The translations under genes and the position numbers were made by a program. A DNA stretch of 64,000 bases from the human T2T-CHM13v2.0 reference genome, Homo sapiens, in NCBI RefSeq assembly GCF_009914755.1, contig NC_060937.1; one strand, given 5' to 3'. Of this stretch, positions 1 to 14,530 are shown piece by piece. The notes under the pieces are model-generated. The model searched no databases. It was not told the origin of the DNA and saw only the letters and a list, made by a program, of their open reading frames with translations. Position 1 is the stretch's first letter; the number at the start of each line of letters is the position of its first letter.

Positions 1-359
1 TCATCCAATAAAGTGAAAAAATAAAATAAAACTATGTCCTTGAGAGACAAATAGTTGCATTTAGTGATTATCGCCAGTATAACTTATAAGGAAATTATTT
101 TCAGAGTTACATATTCACTATTCCAAGGGTTAGAAAGCCTTCAACCTTGCATTGTAAAATCAAAAGATTGGGCCTTTTATACAGCCTATTATGCTTTCAA
201 GGAGACACACTGCAGAGTGTGCATGGGGACGCGGAGGCTGCCTCACATCTCAAAAAACAGTTTATCATTTTAGTCTTGCACAATCCTTTGTTTTGATGCT
301 TCATTTCTTCATTTATTCTGATTTGATATCCTCTTGCCTATATCCTATAAGATTCGGTA

Positions 360-520
360 AACACATCATTTGTAATATTGCATTGCAATCTATTCACTTT
401 ATCTGCTTTCTTTAACTAGACTCCAAGTTCATAAAGGATAAACTATATTTTATGCTTAGTTTAATACCCAACATTTAGCATGCTACATAGCAGTCACTTA
501 AAAGATATATATTTACTTTA
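360..520 (+). mobile_element. L2 LINE 3'-end fossil
   Basis: ctagactccaagttcataaagga...cccaacatttagcatgctacatagcagtcact resembles the L2 3' terminus; very diverged. Confidence 0.45.
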
Positions 521-691
521 TATATGTAAAATTTTGTCGATATTTCTATTAACAGGTAGTGTCCAGACAGAAAAGGATGCCCCAGTATGAAGTATACACT
601 TTACCATTTATAGTTCACATACTTTGGTAAAATTTCCAAGCTTTCAGGAACATTGATTTTTCTACTGCTTGGAACATCAAGAATAATTATG

Positions 692-728
692 CCCTGATCG
701 TACTTACCCTGATCGTGCTTACCCTGAT
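692..728. repeat. 15-bp tandem repeat, about 2.5 copies
   Basis: ccctgatcgtactta ccctgatcgtgctta ccctgat. Confidence 0.9.
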
Positions 729-2484
729 ATTTTTAACTTCTGTTTGCTTGCGTTAGCATTATCTAATACATTTTTCATTAGAAACTGCATCTAATGTTCA
801 TTTCATACTTATTTTTGCTCTATTAATGGTTTCTGTGTTTTAAGACCCAAGAAATCTAAGGACTGGATAATTGTATAAATGGAGGATCATTGGTGTGATG
901 TACAAACCATTTCTGATCTCATGTTATAAATATTTAATTTTCGTGATTTCTGATGTGACCTCTTCACTAACGCAGCTTAATTGCACTTCTAAAGGCAGCA
1001 TCATACATCAGCTGGAATAGAAGTACTGCCTTTAAATTACAATCTGCCTCCACGTAATAAGAAAGATTTGGAAGCTTCAAATATCTTCAAATCCTTTTTT
1101 TGGTTTGGAGCTAAGGAGTCTTTTTACTTAAGGTTTGACTGAAACCAGTATTTATAGCATGGTGTGGTCAGCTATTCTGCTGGGTTTCTACAACAGAGAA
1201 AGGCTAAAATGCAGGGAGACATTGCTTTTGATTGGAGCAACTGTTGAGTGCAAGAACAATGGGAAAGAGAAAAGCACAAAGCCGAAATAAGCTAAAATGT
1301 GGTAGAAAACATATCTTTGAGAAAATTCCTACTTCAAAACAGACCAATGTCATTCAATTTTCTCGTATTCACTTACGCGTTTTTTAAACATTGAAATACT
1401 ACATAAGCATGAACTATTAATTGGAGTTAACATATTTTCCTGTATTATATATTATATATGTAGATATGACACAAACCATTTGTTTTGAAGTGATACCTCA
1501 TAAGAGATATATTTGTCAAATATAATAATATCTTAATTGAAGTTTCTCAGACAAGATTTCAAAATTGTTTTTCTTTAAAATTGATCCAGAGATTACTCAA
1601 GAGTGAGCAGTTACATTCCAGTATAGGTAGAGGATAGTAAGAAAAACGATGTCCTGGATTATCAGTGAACTTTAAACTGAGGGGTTGGACAGTAAACTAT
1701 AGGTAACTAGAGGTCAATGTAGTTTCCTGAATATAATGGGAAGTGAAAAAAAAAAGTGTTTTCAGAAATAAGATTGGAAATGACATTTGAGGAAAGATGT
1801 GGTGAATTAAAATTAGGATTCACGATTGCCTACAAGGATTAATTTTAGTTAAGTCAAAATTTCCTCCATATTTGGGTTTATGAGTTTAGAGAAAATTTAA
1901 GAAAGCCACACCAAAGTCCATTGTCAGTAACTAACAAAAAATGGAATGAGACCTTTGGTGAATTTCACGGTAAAAATATCCAAAACAGCAAAAATGAACT
2001 TCTTTTGCTCTTAAATTGTTGGCTAACTCTGTGCCAAACAAAATTGACAAAGTTTGAGAACTGAAGTTTCTATTATTAAGTTAATATATAATTTATGGTA
2101 TAGTAAGGCTAGCATCTTTAAGGGTCACATATAATTATCCATTGATACCCCAACAAGAAGTGATACAGTTCAAAGGAACTTGTGAATAAATACTAGATTT
2201 TATTTTTTGCCAATGCTGACACCTCTGTTTTTCTTCTAATAATTTTCTGAATAAATTAGACACATATACACATGCATATTTTTTTCTCTACACTTAACAA
2301 AGCCTACTTTGGGTGAAGGTTTATGTTTGATAAAGCATTAAGTATAATGCCTAGTGCTATAGAATTTGATTAGAAGCATATCCATTAGTTTACACAATTT
2401 GGAAAAGCAAAATCAATTAAATATTGTGTTAGCATTCATGTAATTCAACATAATTTGATAGATAAACACAAGTTTTTTATTCCA

Positions 2485-2685
2485 ACAGGATTTGTTTCAA
2501 TTCCTGCTATGTCATTTGCTAGTATCCACTTTCTAGATGTGTGTCTTGAACCAATTTTTAAATCTATCCTTAAATTTTCTCATTGCTTAAATAAAAATAC
2601 TTAATGCATACAATTGTTATGAGATTTTAAAAAGATAACAATGACTTAACTTGTAAATATTATTTAAATATTAATTATTATTGTA
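2485..2685 (+). mobile_element. MIR SINE fossil
   Basis: ttcaattcctgctatgtcatttgctag...ttttctcattgcttaaataaaaat...ttgttatgagatt follows the MIR core layout. Confidence 0.45.
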
Positions 2686-2792
2686 AATATGCAATGAAAT
2701 ATAATATATTACACAATATTGAATATAATATTCAATAAATATACGATTATACATAAATATAATATTACAGAATTAAATATAATAAAGGCTTA

Positions 2793-3325
2793 AAAAATTT
2801 CATTACTTGTAACAACACAGATGGATCTGGAGGACATTATGCCAAGTAAAATAACCTAGGCACAAGACAAATACTGTATGAGATCACTTAAACCTAGAGT
2901 CTAAAAAGTTGAACTCATGGAAACAGAGAGTAGAAAGGTGGTTACCACAGGTTACCACAGGTTGGAGTTTGGGGAGGAATGAAGAAAGGTGAGGTATTGA
3001 TCAAAGAATACAAAGATTCAGACAGACGGTAGAAATGAGATTTAATTATCTGATGTACTGAATGGTGGCCACAGTTATTAATAATGTATTTCAAATATAT
3101 TTGAAATACATTATAATATATATTTCAAAATTGCAAAATGAATAGACTGCAAAAAGAATAGACTGTTAATGTTCTCACAACAAAAACAAAGATAAGTTGG
3201 TGAGGTGATAGATACGTTAATTAGCTTGATTTAATCTTTCTACTATATATCTAGATCAAAACACCACATTGTATGCCATAAATAGACATAATTAACATAT
3301 TTCAGTTAAAAAATTAAAATAAAAT
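2793..3325 (+). mobile_element. L1MA-type LINE-1 3' end (ORF2 tail and 3'UTR)
   Basis: atggatctggaggacattatgccaagtaaaata...gttgaactcatggaaacagagagtagaaaggtggttacca...tgaggtgatagatacgttaattagcttgattt, ending in an A-rich tail. Confidence 0.85.
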
Positions 3326-3384
3326 ATTTAATATAATCGTAACAAATAGGACATTAATAGAATAATACTTTGATATAAAGTAAG

Positions 3385-3729
<345 letters not shown>

Positions 3730-4039
3730 TAGTTCAATATTAGAAAACTATTAACATAGTTCATTATATTCATATAGTGGTAATGGAATTATAATATAAT
3801 TATAATGTAATTCACTATTATTAATAGTTCTATGGAGATAAATCACATAATAATCATATTCAAAAAATTTAGGATTTACTTTTATTAAAAATTTCAAAAT
3901 CAAAATTAAAAGAAATTATATAAGGAATGACCCCCAAACTGAAATCTGAACAAGGCAAGTATATGTGAAATAAGTTATATATTTATTTCACAACTCTGTT
4001 TGAAATAAATGAAACCTCTGTTCTGTTGCTTTAACAACA

Positions 4040-4714
4040 CCAATTATTATATTATCTGACAGTAAGTATTAGTCAGAGATGAGCTAAATAGAAACATCTG
4101 AATGTATTTTAAAAAACTAGCTGTTTACTGTTAGACAGGGCCGAAGCAAGATGCATAATTTTTAAAAAAGTACTCAAGAAGTTCATCCTAAGATGAACAT
4201 AAATTTCATCTTTTAGTAGATTGAAGAAAAAAACAGACAAAAGTATAGGAAAATTTGTTATTTAAAGCAATCAAGAAAGTAGCTGAAATAATAAGTTGGA
4301 ATAGATAAAAAGAAGACATATACAATAATTTGACTCATGTATTTCAGAAAATATTTTTCACAAAGCAAACTCCGTTTCCAAATGGCTCCATGGGCAAACT
4401 CACCCATGGATTTGAGAAAACAAAATAATAACTATCTTACATAAAGCACTTTAAAATATAGAAAAAGAGGAAGAATTTTGAACAAATTTTATTAGGCCAC
4501 TATAACTATGATATCAAAACCTGAAATGAACATTACAAGAAAAGAATAAGGCCAATATCTCTCATGGCTATAAATACAAAAATTTAAAATACAATATATC
4601 AAATTGAATGTATTGACATATAAAGGATACTACTTCATGTCCAAAACAAGTTTTTTAGAATACTAAGGTTGGCTTAACTTTTGAAAAAAAGATCAATCAA
4701 TATCATTTACCACA
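4040..4714 (+). mobile_element. Old L1 (L1M/L1ME) ORF2 fragment
   Basis: atatcaaaacctgaaatgaacattacaagaaaagaataaggccaatatctctcatggctataaatacaaaa matches the diverged L1 ORF2 RPISL region. Confidence 0.7.
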
Positions 4715-5199
4715 TGTAATTTAGTTGTTTTTGTTTTGTTTGTTCATTTACTTAGAAATGCTGCTTGGGCCAGTATTGAGGACCTGCAGTCTAGTTAGTT
4801 CTCCTTCTTATGTAGTTGATTAAATCCACACTCCATTTACTTCTCCTCTATGGCTCTAACGGTTGGGGTTATTATGTACTTTTCCTAATATCCCCAGGGT
4901 TCAGGTACCAGACAGCTAGGAACAGGTCTTATGCTTCCCTGGAGCTCATGAAATTATTCAAATTAGATAAGTCACAGGGAACTAGCTAGGCCTGCCCAAC
5001 TTGACAGGTAGAAACTGCCTTCAACAGTTCCAGCTTGTACTTACCCTGCCCGAAGGTGTAACCAACCCCCTTCATGGCCCAGCCTGCAGACCTTCTTTCC
5101 TTTGGAGCTGTAAGTAACAAAGAGTTCTGCCTTTCCTCTATCCAAGTGTCAGTGTGTTGTGTCCCTCCATTAAAAGAATCTTTAAATTTTATAAAAACA
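4715..5199 (+). mobile_element. ERVL-class solo LTR, MER74/MER88-like
   Basis: TG...CA ends; caggtaccagacagctaggaacag, tgaaattattcaaattag and gagctgtaagtaacaaa are typical of this group; flanks ccaca/ccatg fit a 5-bp TSD ccacg after CpG decay. Confidence 0.7.
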
Positions 5200-5204
5200 C
5201 CATG

Positions 5205-5840
5205 TTAGCAATGTTTAGAAATTCTCAATGTGAACTTATTGCATATTTTAAAATGGCCAAGATACTAATTATATTAATTGCATTTTATTATTATATACTA
5301 GACCAAAATGATATTACTTTTAGTATTGCATTCTAAAGGTTTATTGATAATCTATAGAAATAATATTGATTTTTATATATTTACATCAATTCTAGAAATA
5401 TACTTTATTTATTTAGTAATATTTATTTGTTAATAGATTTATCATTTCCATTGTATTTTCTCCCATATATACACATTGTGAAGTCTGCAAATCATGATGG
5501 TTTTACATTTTTTTCTTCAATTACCATATCCTTTATTTTTTGTTTATTATGGCACTACCTAAAATTGTATTAAATATTTAGTAGAACCACGAATAGTAGG
5601 TATCCTTGTTTTTATTCTAAACTTAGAACAGAAACATTTCATTTTCACACTTAAGTCATATAGTCATTCAAGTTTTTAAGTAGACATTCTGTTTATGTTT
5701 AAGTGAGATTTCTTCTATTGAAAGCTTGCTAAAAGTTTGTTCATTATAAATGGAGTGTGATTTTTTTTCCAAATGTTTTTGGTGTCTAATACAATGATCA
5801 TATTTTTAATTTTTCTTTTTTTTGTTAATGTGGTAAATTT
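5205..5840 (-). mobile_element. Old L1 ORF2 (RT region), inverted relative to the flanking L1 pieces
   Basis: reverse complement begins aaatttaccacattaacaaaa...atatgatcattgtattagacaccaaaaacatttgg, continuing the L1 fragment that ends at 4714. Confidence 0.7.
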
Positions 5841-7170
5841 ATAAGGATGCAAAGGAACTAGAATAGTGAGATACTGTATTATTGAGAAAAAGCTATAAAA
5901 GGAAATACCATTAGAAAGACCTATTTACTATAAAAAATACATGAAATGAATTCCATTATTAAAGTTAAGGAATTATGTTTATAAAAATACCAAAAATTAT
6001 GAACCAGTAATTCGGACTGAAAAAAATATGTTTGCAACATATATATTGGAAAGGTACCTCATCCAGAACACCTAAATAACTTATCCAAGAGAAAAGACAA
6101 ATATCCTGTTGGAAAAGTCATCAAAAGGCTTGAACTGGCATATTACAAAATAAGATATTAACATAGCGAATATATACATAACAAGGTGATCTATGTCTTT
6201 ATTCACTACAGAAATTAATATCATAACTAGGGAAATATCACTACTGTGTTTTTTAGGTCCTCCGGGAAGCAGATGTCAAGAGGGAAGTAGATATATGGGA
6301 TTTACCGGGGTAATGAGTGTGAACCACCAAGGAAAGAATGAGCAAGAGTAGGCAGTAAAATCCTTCTGTTGCAATGTAGGTCTGTGAAAAGAGATGGGAG
6401 CAATGGGGGATCAGGTAAGAAGAACCTGAGAGTGTAGTGGAGCACTGAGAATGTTTTAGCAATCACAGTGAGAAACAGTGCTAATGTTACACACAGAAAA
6501 ATTCTACATTGGCCAGTAATGACGACTCTTTGTAGTAGTAGTCTGCTCAGTCTTTGGCTGGACATTGCCAGAAAAGTGCACAGTTTCAGCTCAAAGTCTA
6601 AGACAGGCAATATGAACAACTGCCAGTTGCATTCTTAGTGTCAGGTTCTCTTTTGAAAGATGTCTGAGAGACAAAGCTCCAATCAGCTACACCTATAAAC
6701 CCATCACAATGGCTAAAAGCTAAAGTGACTTATAAAACCAGTGGTTGGTAAACATGTTGAATGTTCATATATTGCCAGTAGTCATATAATTGGCATAATT
6801 GGTTTGAAAAACTGCTTGACAGGTTATACTAAAGCTAATCATATGTCTTTTAATTTGTCCTTAGGTATATGTTCCTGGGCAGCAATTCCCAAAAGAATTG
6901 AGAGCTTTGCTAACACAAACATTTGTGTGAAATATTTGTAACAACTTTATTCATAAAAGCCAAACATGGTAAACAATCCAGATGTTCATCAGTGATCAAT
7001 TTTGGTATATTCATATACTGTAATATTGCATGGCAAAAACAAATGAAATATCATGCTTTGCACAATAACACAATATAATCCCAAAGTCAATATGTTGAGT
7101 GAAAATGCCAGGTGCCAAAGAGTACGTAGTATATGATACTATTAATTTAACACTCAAGAACAGGCAAACA
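5841..7170 (+). mobile_element. L1ME-type 3' region, interrupted by an LTR at 6245-6691
   Basis: ggcttgaactggcatattacaaaataagatatt...; ttattcataaaagccaaacatggtaaacaatccagatgttcatcagtg; atgttgagtgaaaatgccagg. Confidence 0.7.
6245..6691 (-). mobile_element. LTR16-like (ERVL) solo LTR
   Basis: tgtgttttttaggtcctccgggaagcagatgtcaagag...cagtctttggctggacattgcc...ctaca; splits the host L1 at tatcactac|cctata. Confidence 0.65.
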
Positions 7171-7489
7171 TTCCAGATTTTGGAGCTAGTTACTCAATTA
7201 CTGTGTAATACTTTTTTCTCCTGTAATAATGCAGGTTCTTCAGGAATAACACCCGTTGTCTATGAAGATTTTCTGAACATATCACATTCTGTATTTCATA
7301 TTTGCTTTGAGCTGTGTCCAGAAGAAAGCCTCCAATGTCATCACCCCGCCACTCCTTGCTTGGCTACGTTATTCTAATCATGAAAAGATTAATTTCTAGT
7401 AATTTTATTTAACAAAATTTGTAAACTCTAAGAAGAATATGCCCCTTCTATCTGCCCTTCTAGAAAAAAACTGCAAGACTCTGTGAGAC

Positions 7490-7630
7490 CCTGAAACACT
7501 TCACCTATGTTATTTCATTTAGTCATTACATACATGCACACAAACTATCAGATTGTTATTATTATCATTTCCATTGTACAAATAAGAAAACTAAAGCACA
7601 GTAAAATGTTTAAATAACTTCCAAAACAAA
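7490..7630 (-). mobile_element. MIR SINE fossil
   Basis: cacttcacctatgttatttcatttagtc...ccattgtacaaataagaaaactaaagcacag is an antisense MIR core. Confidence 0.6.
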
Positions 7631-10066
7631 ATACGTTTTTAAATGGTGAATCTTATGTATTATTTCTCTTAACATCTCTCTGATTCTCCACTTCTCTGTT
7701 TCTTGCTCTTTCTCTTGCTCTCATTTACACTTTAAATCTCTCACTGTAGCTCTACAACTACCATATACAATATTAGGTGTTAGAGAGTTTTCTAATGATT
7801 TATTATACATACAGTTGCTATCTTTAAGTGCTTCATATATATTAAATCTGCATTACCTATTCAAATTTGAGCGAATGTTCTTAATGAATTAAAGCCATTT
7901 TGTTAAATGAATAATAATGTGTAAAATTGTTTACTTACCCTCCAGGAGTTCACACTAAACACATGAATACTTGTTTTATATGTCTTTCTTATGACCTTAC
8001 TTCAGATTAATCAATTTAAATTCTATAGCTTTTCCTTTAGTAATGTATCACCAATATATTTATGTCAGAGACTTGGAAAAAGAGGAGAGCACTTATGAAG
8101 TGATATCCAGGGACCAAAGATAACAATGATTAATGTGAACGATAATTATAATTACATTCTATTATAGCATTGATTAGAGGCTTTGGCAAATTAAAAGTAT
8201 CAGTATTCATTGGGACTTATCATTATGGAAATAGATGGCTCTCTATCACCATATATTACTGTAGTGACTTTAGACAAAACATCAAAGTTTACTGGGAGCT
8301 AAAATTATGTCTATACAAAGGAAATTATTAAGATTTATGTATATATATTTATGTACCAGTGTAGTCTATCATTTTTTGCATAGTCTTTTAAATAATTTAT
8401 TTAAAATATTAGCTAAGACATAATTAATCATGTATTAACTAAGTTAAAGTTTTAAAAATCCTGAGTTACCTAGAGAGAGTATTGATTAATTTATTCAGGG
8501 ATTTCCGTTCTAGAGCTGGTGTTAGAACTACGTATGAAAAGCGAAGCTGCAACTTCTTTATAAATAACTGAATATTAACCAATATTTGATTTAAAAGGAC
8601 AGGTATAATATTCTCTCCAAACTTATTGTTGTTATATTTCCCTTGAAGGCTCATTTGTAACCCAAATAGGAACAGAGTGATTTTGCTCTATGGTGATGCT
8701 TATTGAAAATTTTTAAGATAAATTTAATTTTTAATTTTATAATTTTAACAAAAGATTTACTAATATTAAGGTACTGGAAATAGTTGAATAGTTGATGTAA
8801 AAATTTCACATTACACATTAAGTTGACATCTCTGGGTGTACATATATGTTTCAATTATTAATGACACAGTAAACACCAGAGACAACAACAACTTTCTTAA
8901 TTAAAGTACTTTGCAGATGGATGCTGATAGCCTAAGCCATGGAAACATAAAACGTTACTTTAAATCTTCTAAATATTCTACAAACTCACATGCTTTGCTG
9001 AAGCAACGTTCCCTTTGTCAAACCCTTCCCATATACTTGCAATTTTATCACACTGTTATGAATAATAAAATCTATCTTTGTGAAGAGTACCAGTTTAGCA
9101 TGTGAATAATCCATGCTTTTCTTTGGTTATTATCTTAAAGTATTATGTCAGCATGTTTTGAGAATTATTTCCTCCATATAAACTAATTCCAAGTTTATTT
9201 ATTGTAATAAATACTGGTTGTTTTTCTTTGGGAGGATTGAATGCACCTAATCATAGGTATATCTGATTCTCATTATATGTGGTAAGTAGAATATGATTGA
9301 ACTAAGAAAACAATGCTAGACAATGCAATTAATTTTATTAATGTTTACCAGCTGTAAATAGAAACCAGCATGAGATGAGTTTGTAAGAGATTTTTATTAT
9401 AATACATTTGGGACTGATAATGAAGCTAATCTTATTTTCTTTTGGTAAAGTAGTTATAATATCGTCAGTAACTTGTAAGTATATAGGTGGTTCATTTTGA
9501 GTGTATTAGAGAGTGAATTAAGACTGTTTTATTCCTGCTTTGTATTTTCACTACAACAGGTTTATGCACCAGATTTCATCAAAACAGATTGTCAAATCAA
9601 CACTACTGACTTGCAACATATGCCTGGGCTTTATTCAATACACTTGAACTAAATTGATGCTTATTAAGAACCTCTGTGTGATTATAATATAATGCATGTA
9701 AAAATACATAACAATATCTCTTAATTTCAATACAAATTAAGACAAATAAAATACATTACCTCTGCTGTATTTAATATTTAAATCTGGTATCATTTTTAGT
9801 AATTTAAGGCATCCTTGTCTTTGATGTAAGTACGGACTGGGCAGCATTCTTAAATTTTAGTTAATCACTAAACGCAAGCTCCAAAATGTCTTTTGAACCA
9901 AGGATAATGTATGCAGTGGTCCTACTCTCAATTACAAAACAAAAATATAGGTATTATGTGTCAGGTAACATACTAGGACAAACTGAAGGCATGTCGAAGA
10001 CTTTGTGCTTTTTAAAGTAGGAGATTCTTCAATCATAGGTAAACATGGGCATCATGGGCATACACT

Positions 10067-11246
<1,180 letters not shown>

Positions 11247-12169
11247 TGAAATTAAGTATATCACAAATTTTAAATACTTTTTTAAAAGTAGAAGTAATAT
11301 TTGACTATGTATTTAATTCCATTCAAATCTGGAATACCTTTTACATTCTAATATGAATTATAGAGCTCTTCTTTATTATCTAAGAATGAAACATTCTTTT
11401 CTGAGGATGGCTAAGTTTAAGGGAAAGATATATTGGCAATTTTACTGAGTGAAGTTGAAGTAGCCTCGGGGGAGGAAAAAAAAAGGATTTCTCCTAAAGT
11501 CAGGTACTTTTGCTCTTTGTGTCAAATTTTCGGGAATGAATAATCCGCAGTATTTTCCACTTGTCTTTAGACCAGCTTCATGCTTACAAAAATACAAATA
11601 TCTTCTGTTTCAGAAGAGAGGATAACTGAAGGTCAAGTAAGTAATATTTTTGGCTGTTGAAAATATACACAAGTGTCTTAAAGCTGATCTAAAGTGATCA
11701 CTAATGGGGAAACGTGTTGGCCAAAAATGAAAAATTACATAACAAAGAAAAAGAAATTTCAAGTTGAAATTTGAGAAAACTGTTGCTAGAATAAGTGAAG
11801 TAACTTTATATTTTTAAAAATATGTTAGCTTATGATTATTTTTCATTTTTGGTAATGGGCAAACAAATTTGATAAGAGGCATACAGCTGTATTGAAAATA
11901 AAACTTAAGGAATTAGCAAGAAAAGATTAAGTAGGATTTGTGTTTATTTTTTAAGTAAACAAATATCATGAAATATAAAGAATTCCAATAAATATACAAA
12001 TACATTTTTCTTGCCTAATAATTCAAGGTATTTGTTAAACATCTTAATGTTACTAAACTAGTAAATGGATTATTTCAGATAGGCCCCTAAAAAGCCTTTC
12101 TTAGGAAAAAGGCAGAAAAATAACACAGTTTGATCATTCTTTAAAATGATATTACTAACTAACAGGTTC

Positions 12170-12530
12170 CAATCAAGGTATGAAATTCAGGAAATACAAA
12201 GAGGACAGATAGAGTTCCTGCAATCTATGACCTCACAGTCCAAAGTGGAAGACTCACTGATAAGCAAACCATACGTATTAGAACTTGTAATGTTAAAATG
12301 TAGTTACACATTGTGCAATGTGTAATTATACAGGCAAAAACACAATGGGAAACATATATGAATTCCGGGACTGTGAAGCTTGTGGATAATGTTTAAAAAA
12401 ATTTCTAGACAAAATAGTATTTAAGTGATATTATTGAAGCTAAACAGCATTTTATCACAAGACCAAAGAAATATGCTAAGTCCAGGCAAGACAAGAAAAA
12501 AATATAAATGAAAAGATGTGAGAAATGTCA
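12170..12530 (-). mobile_element. L2 LINE fossil
   Basis: gacagatagagttcctgcaatctatgacctcacagtccaaagtggaagac resembles the antisense L2 3' region. Confidence 0.4.
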
Positions 12531-12873
12531 CAGAGATTTTGAACAGTTTTAGGAACTGTGTAAAAAAAAAAAGCTGGACTTTTCCAATACCACTATAAGC
12601 AAAGTCTATCTACGAAACATGTCTTGATCTTCTATCTGCAATACAGTGATGTTACCAAAATACATAAGTGGTAATGGGAAAATAAAGCATACCCAGGAAG
12701 GTTATAGGGTGCAGAAGCTTTGAAACAGTGGAAGCTATGAGAAAACAAAAGCAAAAAAGTTTGCAAAGGCTATAGAGAAATTCTACAAAAGTAAAAGAAA
12801 ATCAATAAACTTCACCTATTGATAGCATGAAATGGTATCACAGAGTTTCATTTGACGCTGAATAATCTGTTTT

Positions 12874-13188
12874 AATTTGTTTTCCTTTTTATTTTTTATT
12901 TTTCTTTTAGATGGAGTCTTGCTCTGTCACCCACGCTGGGGGGCAATGGTGCTATCTCAGGTCACTGCAACCACCGCCTCCCAGGTTCACGCAATTCTCC
13001 TGACTCAGCCACCTGGGTAGCTGGGATTACAGGTACACACAACAACGCCCAGCTAATTTTTTGTATTTTTAGTAGAGAAGGGGTTTCACCATGTTGGTCA
13101 GACTGGTCTTGAACTCCTGTCCTCGTGATCCGCTCACCTCAGCCTCTCAAAGTGCTGGGATTACAGGCATGAGCCACTGCGCCTGGCC
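12874..13188 (-). mobile_element. Alu (AluS-type), full length with TSD
   Basis: agatggagtcttgctctgtcacc...gagccactgcgcctggcc; TSD ataatctgtttt (12862-12873) / ataatctctgtttt (13189-13202). Confidence 0.97.
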
Positions 13189-13359
13189 ATAATCTCTGTT
13201 TTCTAAACCATGGTCCCAGATTCTCTTGAGTCCTATGTATGCTGCTGTTCCTGGCAGTCACTTTTTTATGTTTATGTGCATTTTGAACATTCACTCTTGT
13301 TTTCTGGAGTTAACATGAATAAATCTGTTTTTATGATGCAATAAAAATGAATTAAGAAA

Positions 13360-13505
13360 TTAGAAGTGATGTATAGGATAAAAATAAAGCTCTAAAACTT
13401 ATAATTCATATCTCAGCTCGTGCAAATACTGGACATACAGCTATCACCATAGTCTTTCAGAGCCTTGGTTTTCTAATATGTAGAATGGGGAGATAATGCT
13501 ATGCA
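13360..13505 (+). mobile_element. MIR SINE fossil
   Basis: tcagagccttggttttctaatatgtagaatggggagataat resembles the MIR core. Confidence 0.45.
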
Positions 13506-13904
13506 TTTTTATAAATTTATCATCAGCAGTGATTATATTTTATATGTTGGGCTTGATGACTGGCAGGCAATAAGCTAATAACACATTTTATTCAGCATTG
13601 TTCAAATATCAATAGACATTTCTTGAAGGAATAAATAAGCCAGGGTAAAGGGCATCTCTACATTCAAGCTCCAGAGCCAAATCACTAATTCTCTCTCTTT
13701 TATTTGCTGTATTTGCCAATATGTTAAAAAGAGGTTTAGATGGCCTACCTATCAAATTTGCTAATCACCAAAAACAAGTCGCAACAGTTAGTTCTGGGTA
13801 GTAGTTAAGTTTTCGAAAATGTCTTGATGCAGCTTAACAATGAAAAAAATAAAGTCGCTTGTTTGGAAGTATTTTAACATGTAGAAAAGTTTTCAGAACT
13901 GATA

Positions 13905-14530
13905 AAAATGTTAAATATAACTACTCTTTAGACCTGGCATTTAGTTACTAGAGAATTATCTTACAGAAATAACTGTGCAATATTATATGAAAGATATATA
14001 CAATATTTTTATTCAGGTTGCGTACATAATGCAAGGTTATATGTACATAAGTGTCTACCAGTGTTATTAAAAAACTGGAGACAATCTAAATTTCCATAAA
14101 CTGCAAAATTCTTAAACTTACAGTGATGCATTTATATTATGTAATGGCAGGTGGCTGATGAAAAGGATGAAGGTGACCCCTTTGCAGAAAGAAAGTATAG
14201 TGCAGTATTTAAGAACATGTTTTCTGGAGCCAAATTAGCTGGGATAGAATCATAGCTGGAGATCATTTGCTAGTAGTACTTAAGCCCTCTGTGCTTCTGT
14301 TTCCTCATCTATAAAATGTAAATAATAGTAGCACCTACTTCTTAGGGTCATTGTGACAATTATACGAGTTAATATATGTAAAACTTTTAGCTCATTACCT
14401 AGAATATAGGAAGCACTGGAAGACTAGTCTTACTTATTAATTGTGATAGTATAAAAATATTCACAATGTACAAGTGAAAAATAAAAGTATGAAACAACAT
14501 GTAGATTTGGAATTTCTATTTTTTAAAAAA
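13905..14530 (+). mobile_element. L1ME-type 3' fragment split by a MIR
   Basis: ctttagacctggcatttagttactagagaattatcttacagaaata...aaactggagacaatctaaatttcca; resumes after 14440. Confidence 0.6.
14190..14440 (+). mobile_element. MIR SINE, near full length
   Basis: ttaagaacatgttttctggagcca...ctctgtgcttctgtttcctcatctataaaatgtaaataatagtagcacctacttcttagggtcattgtgacaatt. Confidence 0.85.

Noticed and set aside
2640-2790. Very AT-rich stretch
   Set aside because: Low complexity with no periodic unit
12304-12325. 10-bp hairpin ttacacattg-tg-caatgtgtaa (similar small ones near 16231, 34671 and 34725)
   Set aside because: Stems of 8-10 bp are unremarkable in AT-rich DNA and too short for a pre-miRNA
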